62,520 nucleotides of DNA, taken from an uncultured Collinsella sp. GTDB taxonomy: Bacteria > Actinomycetota > Coriobacteriia > Coriobacteriales > Coriobacteriaceae. The stretch lies in NCBI GenBank assembly GCA_902493835.1, contig CABURG010000001.1, positions 1 to 62,520 on the forward strand. The letters are read 5' to 3'. Below are positions 18,115-28,399 of the stretch, piece after piece. Each line of letters opens with the position of its first letter. Position 1 is the stretch's first letter. A program made the position numbers and the translations under genes. The notes beneath the pieces are model-generated. The model was not told the DNA's origin, searched no databases, and was given only the letters and a program-made list of their open reading frames with translations.

Positions 18115-19319
18115 TTAAGCCGACGGCTCCTGCTGCGTAATGCAGTGGATGTTGCCGCCGCCGAAGACGACCTGCTCGGACTTAACGCCAACGCACTTGT
18201 AGACGCCCTCGCCCCAGACCTCGTCATAGATCTTCTGGAGCGTGTCAACGGCCAGCTGGTCGTTCTCGTCGCCGTACTGCGGGACGATAACGCCGTGGTT
18301 GGTGACCAGGTAGTTCATGTAGGAAGCGATCAGCGGCTCATCGGGAACGCGCGGCTCGGCGTTCTCGTCGGCGTCGATGGTGTCGCAGGAAGCCTGGTCC
18401 ATGAACAGCGGGTTCACGGGCATGCAGAGCTTGTAGACCTTCAGCTTGCGGCCCTTGGCGTCAACGGCGTTGGAGAGGGTCTCGTAGGCAGCGTGGCACT
18501 GATCATAGAACGGGTACTCGGGATCGTCGGTCCAGATGCAGGCCATGACGCCCGGGGCGATGAACGTAGCGACGTCATCGATGTGGCCGTTGGTCTCCTC
18601 GGGGTCGATGCCCTCCTTGACCCAGATGACCTTCTCGACACCCAGGTAATCCTTGAGGTGCTCGTTCATGTACTCGCGAAGCTCCTCGCTCCAGGGCTCA
18701 AACTTCTTGTGGTACTTGGGCCAGATGGACTCGGGATCCTCTTCCTCCTCGAGCACCGCAGAGCAGGTGCGGCCGGGGGACAGGAGGCACTGGTCGGTCA
18801 CGACAAGGGTACCCTCGCCGTCGACGGTGATGGAGCCGCCCTCGAGGATCATGTCGTCGGGACGATAGCGGCGGCAGCCGGAGAGCTCAGCCATCTTGAG
18901 GGCGATCTGCTCGTCCTTGTCCCACGGGAAGTACAGGCCGTCGACGAGGCCACCGTAGGCGTTGAAGTGCCAGTGGTTGGCGCGCTTCTCGCCCTTGCCG
19001 TTGATGACGTAGGTGGCGGCGGTGTCGCGGAACCAGGCGTCGTCGGTGGTCATCTCGATGACGGTGACGTTCTCGTCGTTCTCGAAGACGGTCTTGCAGT
19101 TGGCGTAGTCGACCTGGTTGGCGCACATATAGACCGGGGTGAACTCGGAGATGGCGCGGGCGATGGCGGCATACTGCTTCTGGGCAGGCTTGGCGCCGTG
19201 GGCCCAGGGTCGGTGCGGTGGGGCCAGCCCATCCACACGCGATCCTGCGGGGCGAACTCGGCGGGCATGAAGAAGCCGTCGGCCCTAGGGGTGGACTCGG
19301 ACTCGGTGATCGTACGCAT
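18115..19319 (-). pseudogene. aguA: Agmatine deiminase, copy 2, with a single 1-nt frameshift near 19208
   Basis: N-terminus [37 protein letters not shown] and the remainder WAHGAKPAQ...GGGNIHCITQQEP are in different frames; the junction GAC-CC-TGG lacks one base. Confidence 0.85.
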
Positions 19320-19604
19320 AAGATTTCCTCCAAATCGAACGATCGTTTGCCACGGGCGGGTTACCCGCAGCCTAAAACCAAGAGATGATAGACGCCCGTT
19401 CCCCGGCAAAGGTCGGGGCGCCCGGCGCCGGTTTTCACGGAGTCGCACCGGCAAGCGACGACGTAACCCGGTGCGCGGAGACAAAACGCACGAAGGATAC
19501 GGAAGAGAGATTGGGGTGGGCGGTGGTTACCGGAGCAATTGCTCACACCCACCCCAGGGAATGGTTAGAAGATGATGAGGGTTGGAGCCCCGAATCCGGG
19601 TGCC

Positions 19605-21044
19605 CTAGTTCTCCTCGGCCTCGGCAGCCTCCTCAGCGAGACGCTGGGCTGCGAGCTCAGGGGTCAGACCCTTGTACTCTTCCTTGCGGCCCTTGGCGCT
19701 GACGACGCGGACGACCTCGCCGATGAGCACGAGCACGATGAAGATGACGATCATCGGGACCTTGTCGCCAATTTCAGCGGCAGAGAACGGGATCAGCGTT
19801 GCAACGATGGCAAGAACCAGCTCGATGCAGGGGATTGCCAGCATGACCTTCATCATGGCGCCCTTAAACGGGAACGTGAAGATACGCTCACGGTTGGGGT
19901 CGTTCTTACGAAGGTTGAGGAACGCCGGGAACATCGGGATGTAGGTCAACAGCAGGAAGACGACGGAGGTGCCGAAGAGCATCCAGAAGACACCGTTGGA
20001 GATGGCATCGATGGGAACGAGCTGCAGGCAGAGAACCAGGGAGGCAACGACGGCGTTGACCAGGTTGGCGCCGTTGGGCATGTCGTCATCCGAAATCATC
20101 GAGGCGAAGACCTTGGGCATGTTGCCGTGCTCGGCAGCGTAGCGAGCGACGGAGTTGACGCCGAAGGACCAAGCAGCCATGTTGGCGAACAGGGTGATCA
20201 GGAAGGCGATGCAGATGACCTTGAAGATCATGGAGTCGCCCACCATGGTCTGAACTGCGACGATCATGCCGTAGTCGGGGTCGATGGAGTCGGCCGGCAC
20301 GGCGGCGCCGATGCCGAAGCCAGCGAACAGGTAGATGACGGCAATAGCCACGCCACCGACAATGATAGCCTTGGGAATATCGCGAGCGGGATCGGCCATG
20401 TCGTCGGTCATGGTGCAGATGACCTCGAAGCCCATGAAGTTGAAGATGATGATGGACAGATAGCCAAGAGCGTTGGTGTTGGTGAGCTCGGGCAGGAAGG
20501 TGGCAGCGGACATGTCGTTCGCAAAACCGTTCTCCATGGCATACCAGATGCCCAGAGCGCCGACGATAACGGCAACGGCGACCTTGATGATGGCGCCACC
20601 GTTGAGGACCCACTCGGAGTCGGCCGCCTTGGAGCGGCCCATGAGATACACGATCCACACGAAGGCAAGTTCGATACCCATCTTGGCGATTAGGTTGAAC
20701 TCGACGCCAAAGACCATGCCCAGGATGTCGGGGAACATAGTGGCCAGCGAGGCGATCCACAGGGGGTAGTTGACCCAGTAGTAGTACGAAATGCGGGCGC
20801 CCCACTTGTCGCCCAGGCCATCGCGTACCCAGTCGTAAATGCCGCCCTCGCCGTCATAGGTGGTGCCGAGCTCGGCGACGACCATGCCGTAAGGGAGCAG
20901 GAAGGTCAGGATCAGGAAGATCCACCAGAAGAACTGCTGGTTGCCAATGGCGGCAGCAGGTGCGGCGGCCTCGCAAACGAAGACGACGCAGATGATGGTC
21001 GAAATGACCGTCAAGAAGGAAAGCTTTTTCTTTCCGTCGCTCAT
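19605..21044 (-). CDS. aguD: Agmatine/putrescine antiporter (APC family)
   Basis: APC motifs; lies between putrescine carbamoyltransferase and agmatine deiminase as in AgDI operons. Confidence 0.85.
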   Translation of the reverse strand: MSDGKKKLSFLTVISTIICVVFVCEAAAPAAAIGNQQFFWWIFLILTFLLPYGMVVAELGTTYDGEGGIYDWVRDGLGDKWGARISYYYWVNYPLWIASLATMFPDILGMVFGVEFNLIAKMGIELAFVWIVYLMGRSKAADSEWVLNGGAIIKVAVAVIVGALGIWYAMENGFANDMSAATFLPELTNTNALGYLSIIIFNFMGFEVICTMTDDMADPARDIPKAIIVGGVAIAVIYLFAGFGIGAAVPADSIDPDYGMIVAVQTMVGDSMIFKVICIAFLITLFANMAAWSFGVNSVARYAAEHGNMPKVFASMISDDDMPNGANLVNAVVASLVLCLQLVPIDAISNGVFWMLFGTSVVFLLLTYIPMFPAFLNLRKNDPNRERIFTFPFKGAMMKVMLAIPCIELVLAIVATLIPFSAAEIGDKVPMIVIFIVLVLIGEVVRVVSAKGRKEEYKGLTPELAAQRLAEEAAEAEEN

Positions 21045-21177
21045 GATGAGCTCCTTCGCTCAGTCTTGGACAGATCCGAGGCCCTAAGGTATTAAGGCAA
21101 TTGCTTGGGCCTCGGTGAGCGGGCGACAGGAGACGAGCATCCGCCGCCCGCAAACGTGCTTTTAGAAGCCTTGAGGC

Positions 21178-22251
21178 TTAGAGCTGCTCGAGAGCCTCGA
21201 GAGCGGCGTGGAGCTCAGCCTTGGCAGAGTACTCGACACCCTCGTCGTTGAGCGGAGTGCGCTTGCCCAGAGCAGCGAGGAGAGCACGGATGGAGTGCTT
21301 GCGGTTCTCGGCCTCGACCCAGCACAGGGAGCGCTCGGGATCGTCCATGACCTCGTCGACGACTTCCTCGTTGCGGGTGGCCGGCAGGCAGTGCATGAAC
21401 TTGGAGCCTGCGCCGGCGAAGTTCATCATGTCCATGGTGACCTGATACTTGGGATAGAACACGTCCATGTAGTTCTCGCCCGAGACCTCCTCGTCGTACA
21501 GGCCATACCACACGTCGGTGTAGATGAAGTCGGCGCCCTTAATGCACTCGATGTCGTCGGAGATGACAACCGAGCCGCCGGAGACCTTGCAGTTCTCCTC
21601 GGCGATGGCCATCATCTGCTTGCCGAACTCGGCGCGCTCCTCGACGGTGCCAACGTGCAGGCCGCCGTCGGGGATCTGGTGGCCCTTAGGTCCAAACTGG
21701 ACAAACTTCATGCCGACCTTGGAGGCGATGAACATGAGGGAGACGCAGACCTGGGTGGCGTCGCCGATGAAGGCCAGGGTGCAGTCCTCGATCTTCTTGC
21801 CCTCGGGGAGGTTCTCGAGCATGGTCATGAGGTCGCCCATCTCCTGCGTGGGATGGTTGAACTCGGACATGCCGTTGATGACGGGCACAGCGGAGCCCTC
21901 GGCGAGGCCGACGACGTCCTTGTGACGGTCAACGCGAGCCATCATGATGTCGAGCAGCGAGCCCATAACGCGAGCGGTGTCGCCCAGGGACTCGTGACCG
22001 CCGAGCTGGATGGTGCCAGGACCATAGAACTGAGCATGGCCGCCGAGGTCGGTCATAGCGGTCTCGAAGGAAAGACGGGTGCGGGTGGAGACCTGCTGGA
22101 AGATCATGCCAAGGCTCTTGTTGCGGAGCAGGTGCGGATAATAACCGTCAACCTTGATGGCCTTCTTCATTGCCAGGCCAAGATCCTCGATAGCCAGGAT
22201 CTGCTCTTTGGTGAAGTCGTTGGTGTCGATGAAATCCTTAGGCAGTGCCAT
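21178..22251 (-). CDS. aguB: Putrescine carbamoyltransferase
   Basis: [22 protein letters not shown]-terminal extension; operon context. Confidence 0.92.
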   Translation of the reverse strand: MALPKDFIDTNDFTKEQILAIEDLGLAMKKAIKVDGYYPHLLRNKSLGMIFQQVSTRTRLSFETAMTDLGGHAQFYGPGTIQLGGHESLGDTARVMGSLLDIMMARVDRHKDVVGLAEGSAVPVINGMSEFNHPTQEMGDLMTMLENLPEGKKIEDCTLAFIGDATQVCVSLMFIASKVGMKFVQFGPKGHQIPDGGLHVGTVEERAEFGKQMMAIAEENCKVSGGSVVISDDIECIKGADFIYTDVWYGLYDEEVSGENYMDVFYPKYQVTMDMMNFAGAGSKFMHCLPATRNEEVVDEVMDDPERSLCWVEAENRKHSIRALLAALGKRTPLNDEGVEYSAKAELHAALEALEQL

Positions 22252-22581
22252 GTCGATTTCCTTTCCGCCGGTCTTGCCGACTATTACTATGAGACGCTCG
22301 TACATCACGCCTCGCGTTGACAAGACCATCATTCACCCGTATGCAATTATTGCCTAGTTTATTCGGGATTAAAGACCGTTCACGGAGTTACACCCCCTCT
22401 AAACCAATATAAACCCGCAGGTAGCTGGCTTGTAGGGGGTTTACCGTCTGGAACCGCGAACGGTATACGGCTATGCTGTGTCTCAGCGCCTAATCCGCAA
22501 TGAAACGATTGGCTGAGACATGTATACCCCAGGGGATATAGCGGGCTCCATAAGAGATCAAATGAGACAGGACGGTGACAG

Positions 22582-23547
22582 ATGAACACGCTCATGTTCT
22601 TCTATACCTTGGCAATACTGGTTATCTGTATTGTGACGGCAGTGCTTTCGCTTGCCGCCTATGCCTCGTCCCGTCGACGCTTCTTTATCTATGGCAGCGG
22701 CGTCTTTATTTGCTATGCCATCGAGATGACCGAGATCTTCTTTTTTGAATACACGTTGCAAAACGAGAGTTTTCCGGCCAGCGACTATTACTCAATTACC
22801 ATGCCTGTGTTGCGGACCCTTGTGGCGACCGCTTCACAGGCTTTTATTTGGGCCATCGCCATGGACTTGCTCGACAAACATTCTAAAAAGCAGTTCGCTA
22901 TCCCCGTCTTAACGTTTTTGCTGTGCGAGTCGCTGACTATCGTCGCTGTCCCCTCCGGCCCCATGCGTCAGTGGCTCTACTACACGATGCGTCAGGTATT
23001 CCTTGTCTTTGTGGGACTGTATATCTTTTGGACGGCTCATAAGAGTACAAAGGTTGAGCTAAAGGCACGCGTTAGCAACCAACGAAAGCACCTGATTATC
23101 GGCGCTATTCTGGTCGGCTGCATCGTTGCCGAGGACTTCTACAACATCCTTGTAGTCCCCATGAGTCTGGCACCCTCTTGGCTGCAGCTGTATCTATCCG
23201 AGCGCAACTTTAGCGAGAACGTCTTTGCGTGCTACTTTGCAATTCTGCTGATCATCTACTCCTACCACGTGCTTTCAATCCGCATGCAGGAGGCGCCCGA
23301 GGAAAAGAACGTCAGCGATCTTGATCGACACATCGAAGAGCAAATGCCCTTCTATCGCAACGCCTACAGGCTCTCCAACCGCGAGGCCGAGGTTTTGCGT
23401 CTGGTTGTGCTGGGCAAGTCGAACCAAGAGATTGCTGACGAGCTATTCCTTGCCGTGGGCACCGTCAAGACCCACATCCACAACATCCTGGTCAAAACCG
23501 AGCAGCAAAACCGCACCACGCTCATCCTCCACTTCTGGAAAGGGTGA
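22582..23547 (+). CDS. aguR: Membrane-anchored LuxR activator of the agmatine deiminase operon
   Basis: About 7 TM segments plus LuxR HTH; divergent from aguB. Confidence 0.8.
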   Translation: MNTLMFFYTLAILVICIVTAVLSLAAYASSRRRFFIYGSGVFICYAIEMTEIFFFEYTLQNESFPASDYYSITMPVLRTLVATASQAFIWAIAMDLLDKHSKKQFAIPVLTFLLCESLTIVAVPSGPMRQWLYYTMRQVFLVFVGLYIFWTAHKSTKVELKARVSNQRKHLIIGAILVGCIVAEDFYNILVVPMSLAPSWLQLYLSERNFSENVFACYFAILLIIYSYHVLSIRMQEAPEEKNVSDLDRHIEEQMPFYRNAYRLSNREAEVLRLVVLGKSNQEIADELFLAVGTVKTHIHNILVKTEQQNRTTLILHFWKG

Positions 23548-23695
23548 GGTTACGCGGTTTTGCCAAACCGCGTAACGGCTCGACGCTGCAAACGCCCCTA
23601 GGCGGCAATCTGACGTTCAATCGTCGGTCGCGTACCGAAGTACGCTTCCCTCCTCTTTCACGTCACCTTGCTCGCCTAGGGGCGCTTTCGCTGAC
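23547..23695 (+). repeat. ~150-nt structured repeat / candidate ncRNA, copy 2
   Basis: Covarying homolog of 5468-5617. Confidence 0.75.
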
Positions 23696-23731
23696 TTATG
23701 CTCAACCTGCGATTGTTCTGCTTTAGGTCGC

Positions 23732-25954
23732 CTATTCGCTGTAGCGGGTGGCGATGGCGGCTCGCACCATGCCGGTGCTCATGAGGTAGGTCACCAGGAA
23801 GTAGCCACCGTATGCTGCCAGGAAAATCGCGCAGGTGAGGCCCACGGTGCCGCCGATGCTCATATTTCCGAAAATGCTCACCAGCTCGATGATCACCTTA
23901 AGTGCCACAAAGGAGTGCGCCAAGCCCACCGCCAACGGGAACAGGAAGAACACCGCTTGTTGCGCCATCACCGAATGGCGAATCTGGCGGTCGTCGCAGC
24001 CGATCTGTGCCAGCACACGATAGCTGCGGCTGCCGTCGGCCACATTGGAGAGCTGCTGGATCGACAGTATCGCCGCGCATGCAACGACCAATACAAAGCC
24101 GATGTAGATGGCTAGGTAGCTAATAAGACCGTTCATTTGCGCTGCTTGCGTGTACATCTCGGAGCGTGTGATGAAGGTTCCCCACGACCCCGGCTCCTTG
24201 CCGTCAACGAGCAGATTGTCGAGCACAGTGTATTTAATACTCTCGTCTGCCTCGGTCGTATCCATCCCCTGTTTGTAGTTAACGAGCAGGCTACTGGAAT
24301 ACGGCTGCAGATTAAGTTGTGACAACAGCTCGTCGGCAACGACGACGGTACCCCCATTACTGCCCATCGCCGAGTTGGCGATGGCCGCCGTATCTTCGTC
24401 CGACTTATCGGTTGCGGGCTTGAGCGTATGCCCGCCCAAGGTAAGGGTATGGCCGCCAGCCATATACTTAGTGTACAGGTCGACCAGCTCGCCGCCCATA
24501 TCACACGTGAGCAGATACTGGTCGTGACCGATGTGCACCGGCTCCTCGCCCATCATCTGACGCAGTTTGTTGTACTGGCTCGCCGGCGTCACAAACAGAC
24601 CCATCGCATCGGCATTGCTACCCCCGAACGCCTTGGGAAGCTTTTCGCCCATGGCCTTGCACATTTCACTTGGAGTCACCGAAGGATCCGAACCGCCAAG
24701 CGGGTAACTCAGATACGAATCGATCTGCACATGCTCACCGGCAACATCGGCAATATTGACCTTCTTGCCGGTCTCGTCGTTGTTGTCCGCCGACTTGCTC
24801 TTACGATCGCCGTGCCATGGATCGCCGTGCCATGCGGAGTACAAATCGACCGTACTATCGGCCAGCACCATGCGATCGGCTTCAGACGGATTGATGTACT
24901 CTTTGTAGTAGTCGAGCGTATCGGGCGTGTAATAGACATACGTCTGTGACACGTCAACAGGGTTATAGCGCTCCAGGTTTTCGTTCATCACATTGGCAAT
25001 CGACATACCGCACGTCACCGAGGTGATGGCCAAAAACAGGAGCATCGCGATGACGCCCATCGAAAAGCACACCGTGTTGACCTTGGCCGCAAGCTGGCGC
25101 ACGGTAAACATGTTGAGGCCGCGCCAATACACGCCGCGCAGGCTCTGCAGCAGCTTGATGAGCATGCCCGAGAGTCCCCAGAACAGGGCAAAGGTGCCCA
25201 CGGTAACCATAGCGGTCGTAATGCCAAACTGGTTCATGGCCTCTTGCAGCTTGCTGTCCGTCGCGGTTAGCGGGAACCCATCACGTAGCAGACGGTAATA
25301 GGCCACGCCCACAAGCACCACGCCCACGGCAAAGATGGCAATCGCAATCCAGGGGTTGCGCGTCTTGATGCTCTCGTTGCGACGCTCGGCACCCATAAGC
25401 TCGATGAGTTTGGTACGACGCACGGCGCGAAGGTTCAGCAGTAGCGTGAGCACAAACATTACGAGCATGCAGGCAAGAGTCAGATTGAACGCATGCACCG
25501 AGAAAAAGAAGTGGAAATTGGCAATCTGTGTCTTAAAAAGCGAGGCCGTAAAGAACGTCATGAGCTGGGAGAGTCCCACACCCAGCACAATGCCGGCGAC
25601 AAAGGCCACGACCGAGACAATCACCGTCTCGAGCGCCATGATCGTGGCGACGCGTCCGCGCCCCATGCCGAGCACCTGATACAGGCCAAACTCCTTCTTG
25701 CGGCGTTTCATGATGAAGTTATTGGCATACACCATCAAAAAGGCCATGACACCGGCCAAAAAGTACGTCAGGTCGCCGAGCATGCTGCCCATAACCTGCG
25801 CCAAGCCCTCTTCATCGATGCCGGCGATGTCGACCTGCATCGAAATGGTGTTAAAGGCATAGAAGACCGTGACGCCCAGGGTGAGCGTCAAAAGGTAGAC
25901 GAGGTAGTCGCGGCCGGCGCGGCGGACGTTGCCCCAAGCGAGTTTACAGAGCAT
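23732..25954 (-). CDS. BceB-like (FtsX family) ABC permease
   Basis: N-terminal TMs with KRRKKEFGLYQVLGM, large extracellular loop, C-terminal TMs; start MLCKLAW overlaps the ATPase 3' end. Confidence 0.9.
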   Translation of the reverse strand: MLCKLAWGNVRRAGRDYLVYLLTLTLGVTVFYAFNTISMQVDIAGIDEEGLAQVMGSMLGDLTYFLAGVMAFLMVYANNFIMKRRKKEFGLYQVLGMGRGRVATIMALETVIVSVVAFVAGIVLGVGLSQLMTFFTASLFKTQIANFHFFFSVHAFNLTLACMLVMFVLTLLLNLRAVRRTKLIELMGAERRNESIKTRNPWIAIAIFAVGVVLVGVAYYRLLRDGFPLTATDSKLQEAMNQFGITTAMVTVGTFALFWGLSGMLIKLLQSLRGVYWRGLNMFTVRQLAAKVNTVCFSMGVIAMLLFLAITSVTCGMSIANVMNENLERYNPVDVSQTYVYYTPDTLDYYKEYINPSEADRMVLADSTVDLYSAWHGDPWHGDRKSKSADNNDETGKKVNIADVAGEHVQIDSYLSYPLGGSDPSVTPSEMCKAMGEKLPKAFGGSNADAMGLFVTPASQYNKLRQMMGEEPVHIGHDQYLLTCDMGGELVDLYTKYMAGGHTLTLGGHTLKPATDKSDEDTAAIANSAMGSNGGTVVVADELLSQLNLQPYSSSLLVNYKQGMDTTEADESIKYTVLDNLLVDGKEPGSWGTFITRSEMYTQAAQMNGLISYLAIYIGFVLVVACAAILSIQQLSNVADGSRSYRVLAQIGCDDRQIRHSVMAQQAVFFLFPLAVGLAHSFVALKVIIELVSIFGNMSIGGTVGLTCAIFLAAYGGYFLVTYLMSTGMVRAAIATRYSE

Positions 25955-26729
25955 CGGAGCCCTCACCGCCCATCATGGCAACGACCTCCATAATGCGGTC
26001 GAAGAACTCTCGGCGGTCGGTGTCGCCGCGGCGCAGCTCGGTGAAGATCTTGCCGTCGCGGATAAACAGCACACGGCTCGTGTAGCTGGCGGCAAAGCTG
26101 TCGTGCGTGACCATGAGCACCGTAGCGCGCAGGCGGCGGTTGAGGGCCTCCAGGCTCTCGAGCAGCAGGCGAGCGCTCTTGGAATCGAGGGCGCCGGTGG
26201 GCTCGTCAGCCATAATCATGGTGGGGTCGGTGACCAGCGCGCGAGCCGCGGCAACGCGCTGCTGCTGACCGCCGGACATCTGGTAGGGATACTTGTCGAG
26301 CACCTGACTGATGGACAGACGCGCTGCAACATCCTGCACGCGAGTCGAGATCTCTGCCGAGTTTGTGCGGGCGATGGTGAGCGGCAGGGCAATATTCTCG
26401 CGTGCCGTGAGCGTATCGAGCAGGTTGGAGTCCTGGAAGATAAAGCCGAGCTCCTCGCGGCGGAACTGCGAAAGCTTAGCCTGCTTCATGCGTGTTACGT
26501 CCTGGCCGTTGATGCGGATGGTGCCGCTCGTGGCGCTATCGATGGTCGACACGCAGTTGAGCAACGTCGACTTGCCCGAGCCCGAGGCGCCCATGATGCC
26601 AACGAATTCGCCGCGGTTGACGGTAAAACTGACGTCGTTGAGCGCGCGGGTCACGTTGCCCAGCGCTCCATATACCTTTTCGAGATGCGCGACCTCCAGT
26701 ACCGGGGTCGCCATGTGCGTGGTTTGCAT
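25944..26729 (-). CDS. BceA-like ABC ATP-binding protein
   Basis: GASGSGKST, MSGGQQQR, ADEPTGALDS, VTHD. Confidence 0.95.
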   Translation of the reverse strand: MQTTHMATPVLEVAHLEKVYGALGNVTRALNDVSFTVNRGEFVGIMGASGSGKSTLLNCVSTIDSATSGTIRINGQDVTRMKQAKLSQFRREELGFIFQDSNLLDTLTARENIALPLTIARTNSAEISTRVQDVAARLSISQVLDKYPYQMSGGQQQRVAAARALVTDPTMIMADEPTGALDSKSARLLLESLEALNRRLRATVLMVTHDSFAASYTSRVLFIRDGKIFTELRRGDTDRREFFDRIMEVVAMMGGEGSDAL

Positions 26730-26802
26730 ACCGAGTCCTTTCTTGCGATTAGTCTACGGCATCTATAGTCGCAAGAAGACGAGTCAGCTACCATCGATAT
26801 GG

Positions 26803-26829
26803 CTTACGCTTGCCTTACCGTTGTGTAAG
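26803..26829. promoter_or_regulatory. BceR/GraR-type response-regulator box
   Basis: CTTAC-N6-CTTAC-N6-GTAAG upstream of the bceA-like gene. Confidence 0.6.
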
Positions 26830-26877
26830 GTACGGGTAGCTACCCTGCCACGTGTTGATATTGAGAGAGGACTCCTG

Positions 26878-27867
26878 TTGAAGACTGTTCATGTTGCCGC
26901 TGGGATCATTCGCAAGGATGGATCCGACGAGTTACTGGCCGTGCAGCGCGGCTATGGCGACATGCAGGGACTTTGGGAGTTCCCAGGTGGCAAGCTCATG
27001 CGCGGCGAGACGCACGAGGACGCCGTACGCCGCGAGCTTATGGAAGAGTTGCAGGTAAAAGTCACCAACCTGCGCGATTTCTATACCGTTGAGTACGACT
27101 ACCCCGATTTTCATCTCTCCATGGAGTGCTACTACTGCTCGCTCGCCGATGAATCCGATGAGCCCCAGAAGCACGACCGTCAGCTCGATATCCGCTGGAT
27201 TCCGCGCACCTCGCTTGCCACGGTTGAATGGATGCCCGCCGACAAGGGGCTTATCGATGCACTGATTAAGTTGAAGGAAGATCGGCTTGAGGCCAACGGC
27301 ACTGCCAACGACGCCGAGGCCACCACGACCGACGAGCCCGCCACCAAACCCAAGCGCGCACCTAAGCGCCGTAGCAAAAAGCGCCCCAAACCAGGTCTGC
27401 TCGACGGCATCGATACCTCGGACCTTTCCGCCGACGAGCGTGAGCTCGTGCGCCGCCGCGCCGCCATCAAAAAGTCCATGAAGGGCAACAAGCGCGCTAA
27501 CACCAAACCCGAGCTGCTCGTTCGCCAGCGCCTGCGGGCAGCGGGCCTTACGGGTTATCGCTTGGAATGGAAGGTTCCCGGTAAGCCCGACATCGCCTTT
27601 CCCGGGCGCAAGATCGCCATCTTCGTCAACGGCTGCTTTTGGCACCGCTGCCCCAAGTGCAACCCTAGCCAGCCCAAGCGCAACGTTGAGTTTTGGGAGG
27701 CAAAGTTCCGTCGCAACGTCGAGCGCGACCGCGCTGCCGTGGCAGCACTCACTCAAATGGGCTGGACACCCATAACCATCTGGGAATGTGAGCTCAAGAA
27801 AGACCGCATCGACGCCACGATGGAAAAGGTCATCGAGCAGGTGCGGGCCGCAGCGCCGCAGCGCTAG
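26878..27867 (+). CDS. vsr: NUDIX (MutT-like) hydrolase fused to a Vsr very-short-patch endonuclease
   Basis: Nudix box WEFPGGKLMRGETHEDAVRRELMEEL; Vsr motifs NTKPE, GKPDI, VNGCFWH, FWEAKFRRNVERD, IWECE; TTG start behind a GAGAGG RBS. Confidence 0.88.
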   Translation: MKTVHVAAGIIRKDGSDELLAVQRGYGDMQGLWEFPGGKLMRGETHEDAVRRELMEELQVKVTNLRDFYTVEYDYPDFHLSMECYYCSLADESDEPQKHDRQLDIRWIPRTSLATVEWMPADKGLIDALIKLKEDRLEANGTANDAEATTTDEPATKPKRAPKRRSKKRPKPGLLDGIDTSDLSADERELVRRRAAIKKSMKGNKRANTKPELLVRQRLRAAGLTGYRLEWKVPGKPDIAFPGRKIAIFVNGCFWHRCPKCNPSQPKRNVEFWEAKFRRNVERDRAAVAALTQMGWTPITIWECELKKDRIDATMEKVIEQVRAAAPQR

Positions 27868-28399
27868 GAACGAGCCGTCCACACGCCCCACACAGGCGAG
27901 CCACATCCGCGCCACAAACCTTAGAAAGCCCTTAAGCTCCCAACCTTTCAAGAGTGTTACTCGATGGCTTTGACCTGCGGTTTCATCGTAACATCAAACC
28001 AGGTTAAGCCTTTCTTTAGCGCTTCTTTGCGACAGCCGCGGCATAATACTGCCAACGCACGGGACCTAGCAGCACACCCCGTGCGCAACCTTTTGGTGGA
28101 CATCGAGGAGGCCGCATAAGCATGCATTCTTCCAATGACGCAGCACAGCAGCCATCCCTAAAACATGCAAACCTTTTCTCCTTCCCCCCGACACAGAGAA
28201 ACGGCCTCCTCGACTCCCCAACCCCAAAACCCAAACGCTCAACCGACCAGAACCTCAACTTGCGAGCATCGTTCGAAAAGCTCCAAGCATCCCTAGACAA
28301 AACCTTCCCCAACCAAGCTCGGGCATACTAGCCCCTCATCAACAAAGAAGCCCTGACGCCCCATCCTTTCCGCCCCAACGCCACAAGGGCGATCGAGCA

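Noticed and set aside
19190..19230. Programmed, polyamine-responsive frameshift in aguA2
   Set aside because: No X-XXY-YYZ heptamer or stop-adjacent shift site; a simple deletion or error is more parsimonious.
19320..19604. Guanidine or other known riboswitch in the aguD-aguA spacer
   Set aside because: Several small hairpins, but I could not match tandem ACGR loops or ykkC-type consensus by eye; needs cmscan.
26311..26877. N-terminal extension of the 518-aa ORF
   Set aside because: Antisense to the bceA-like gene; homology and RBS place the start at TTG 26878.
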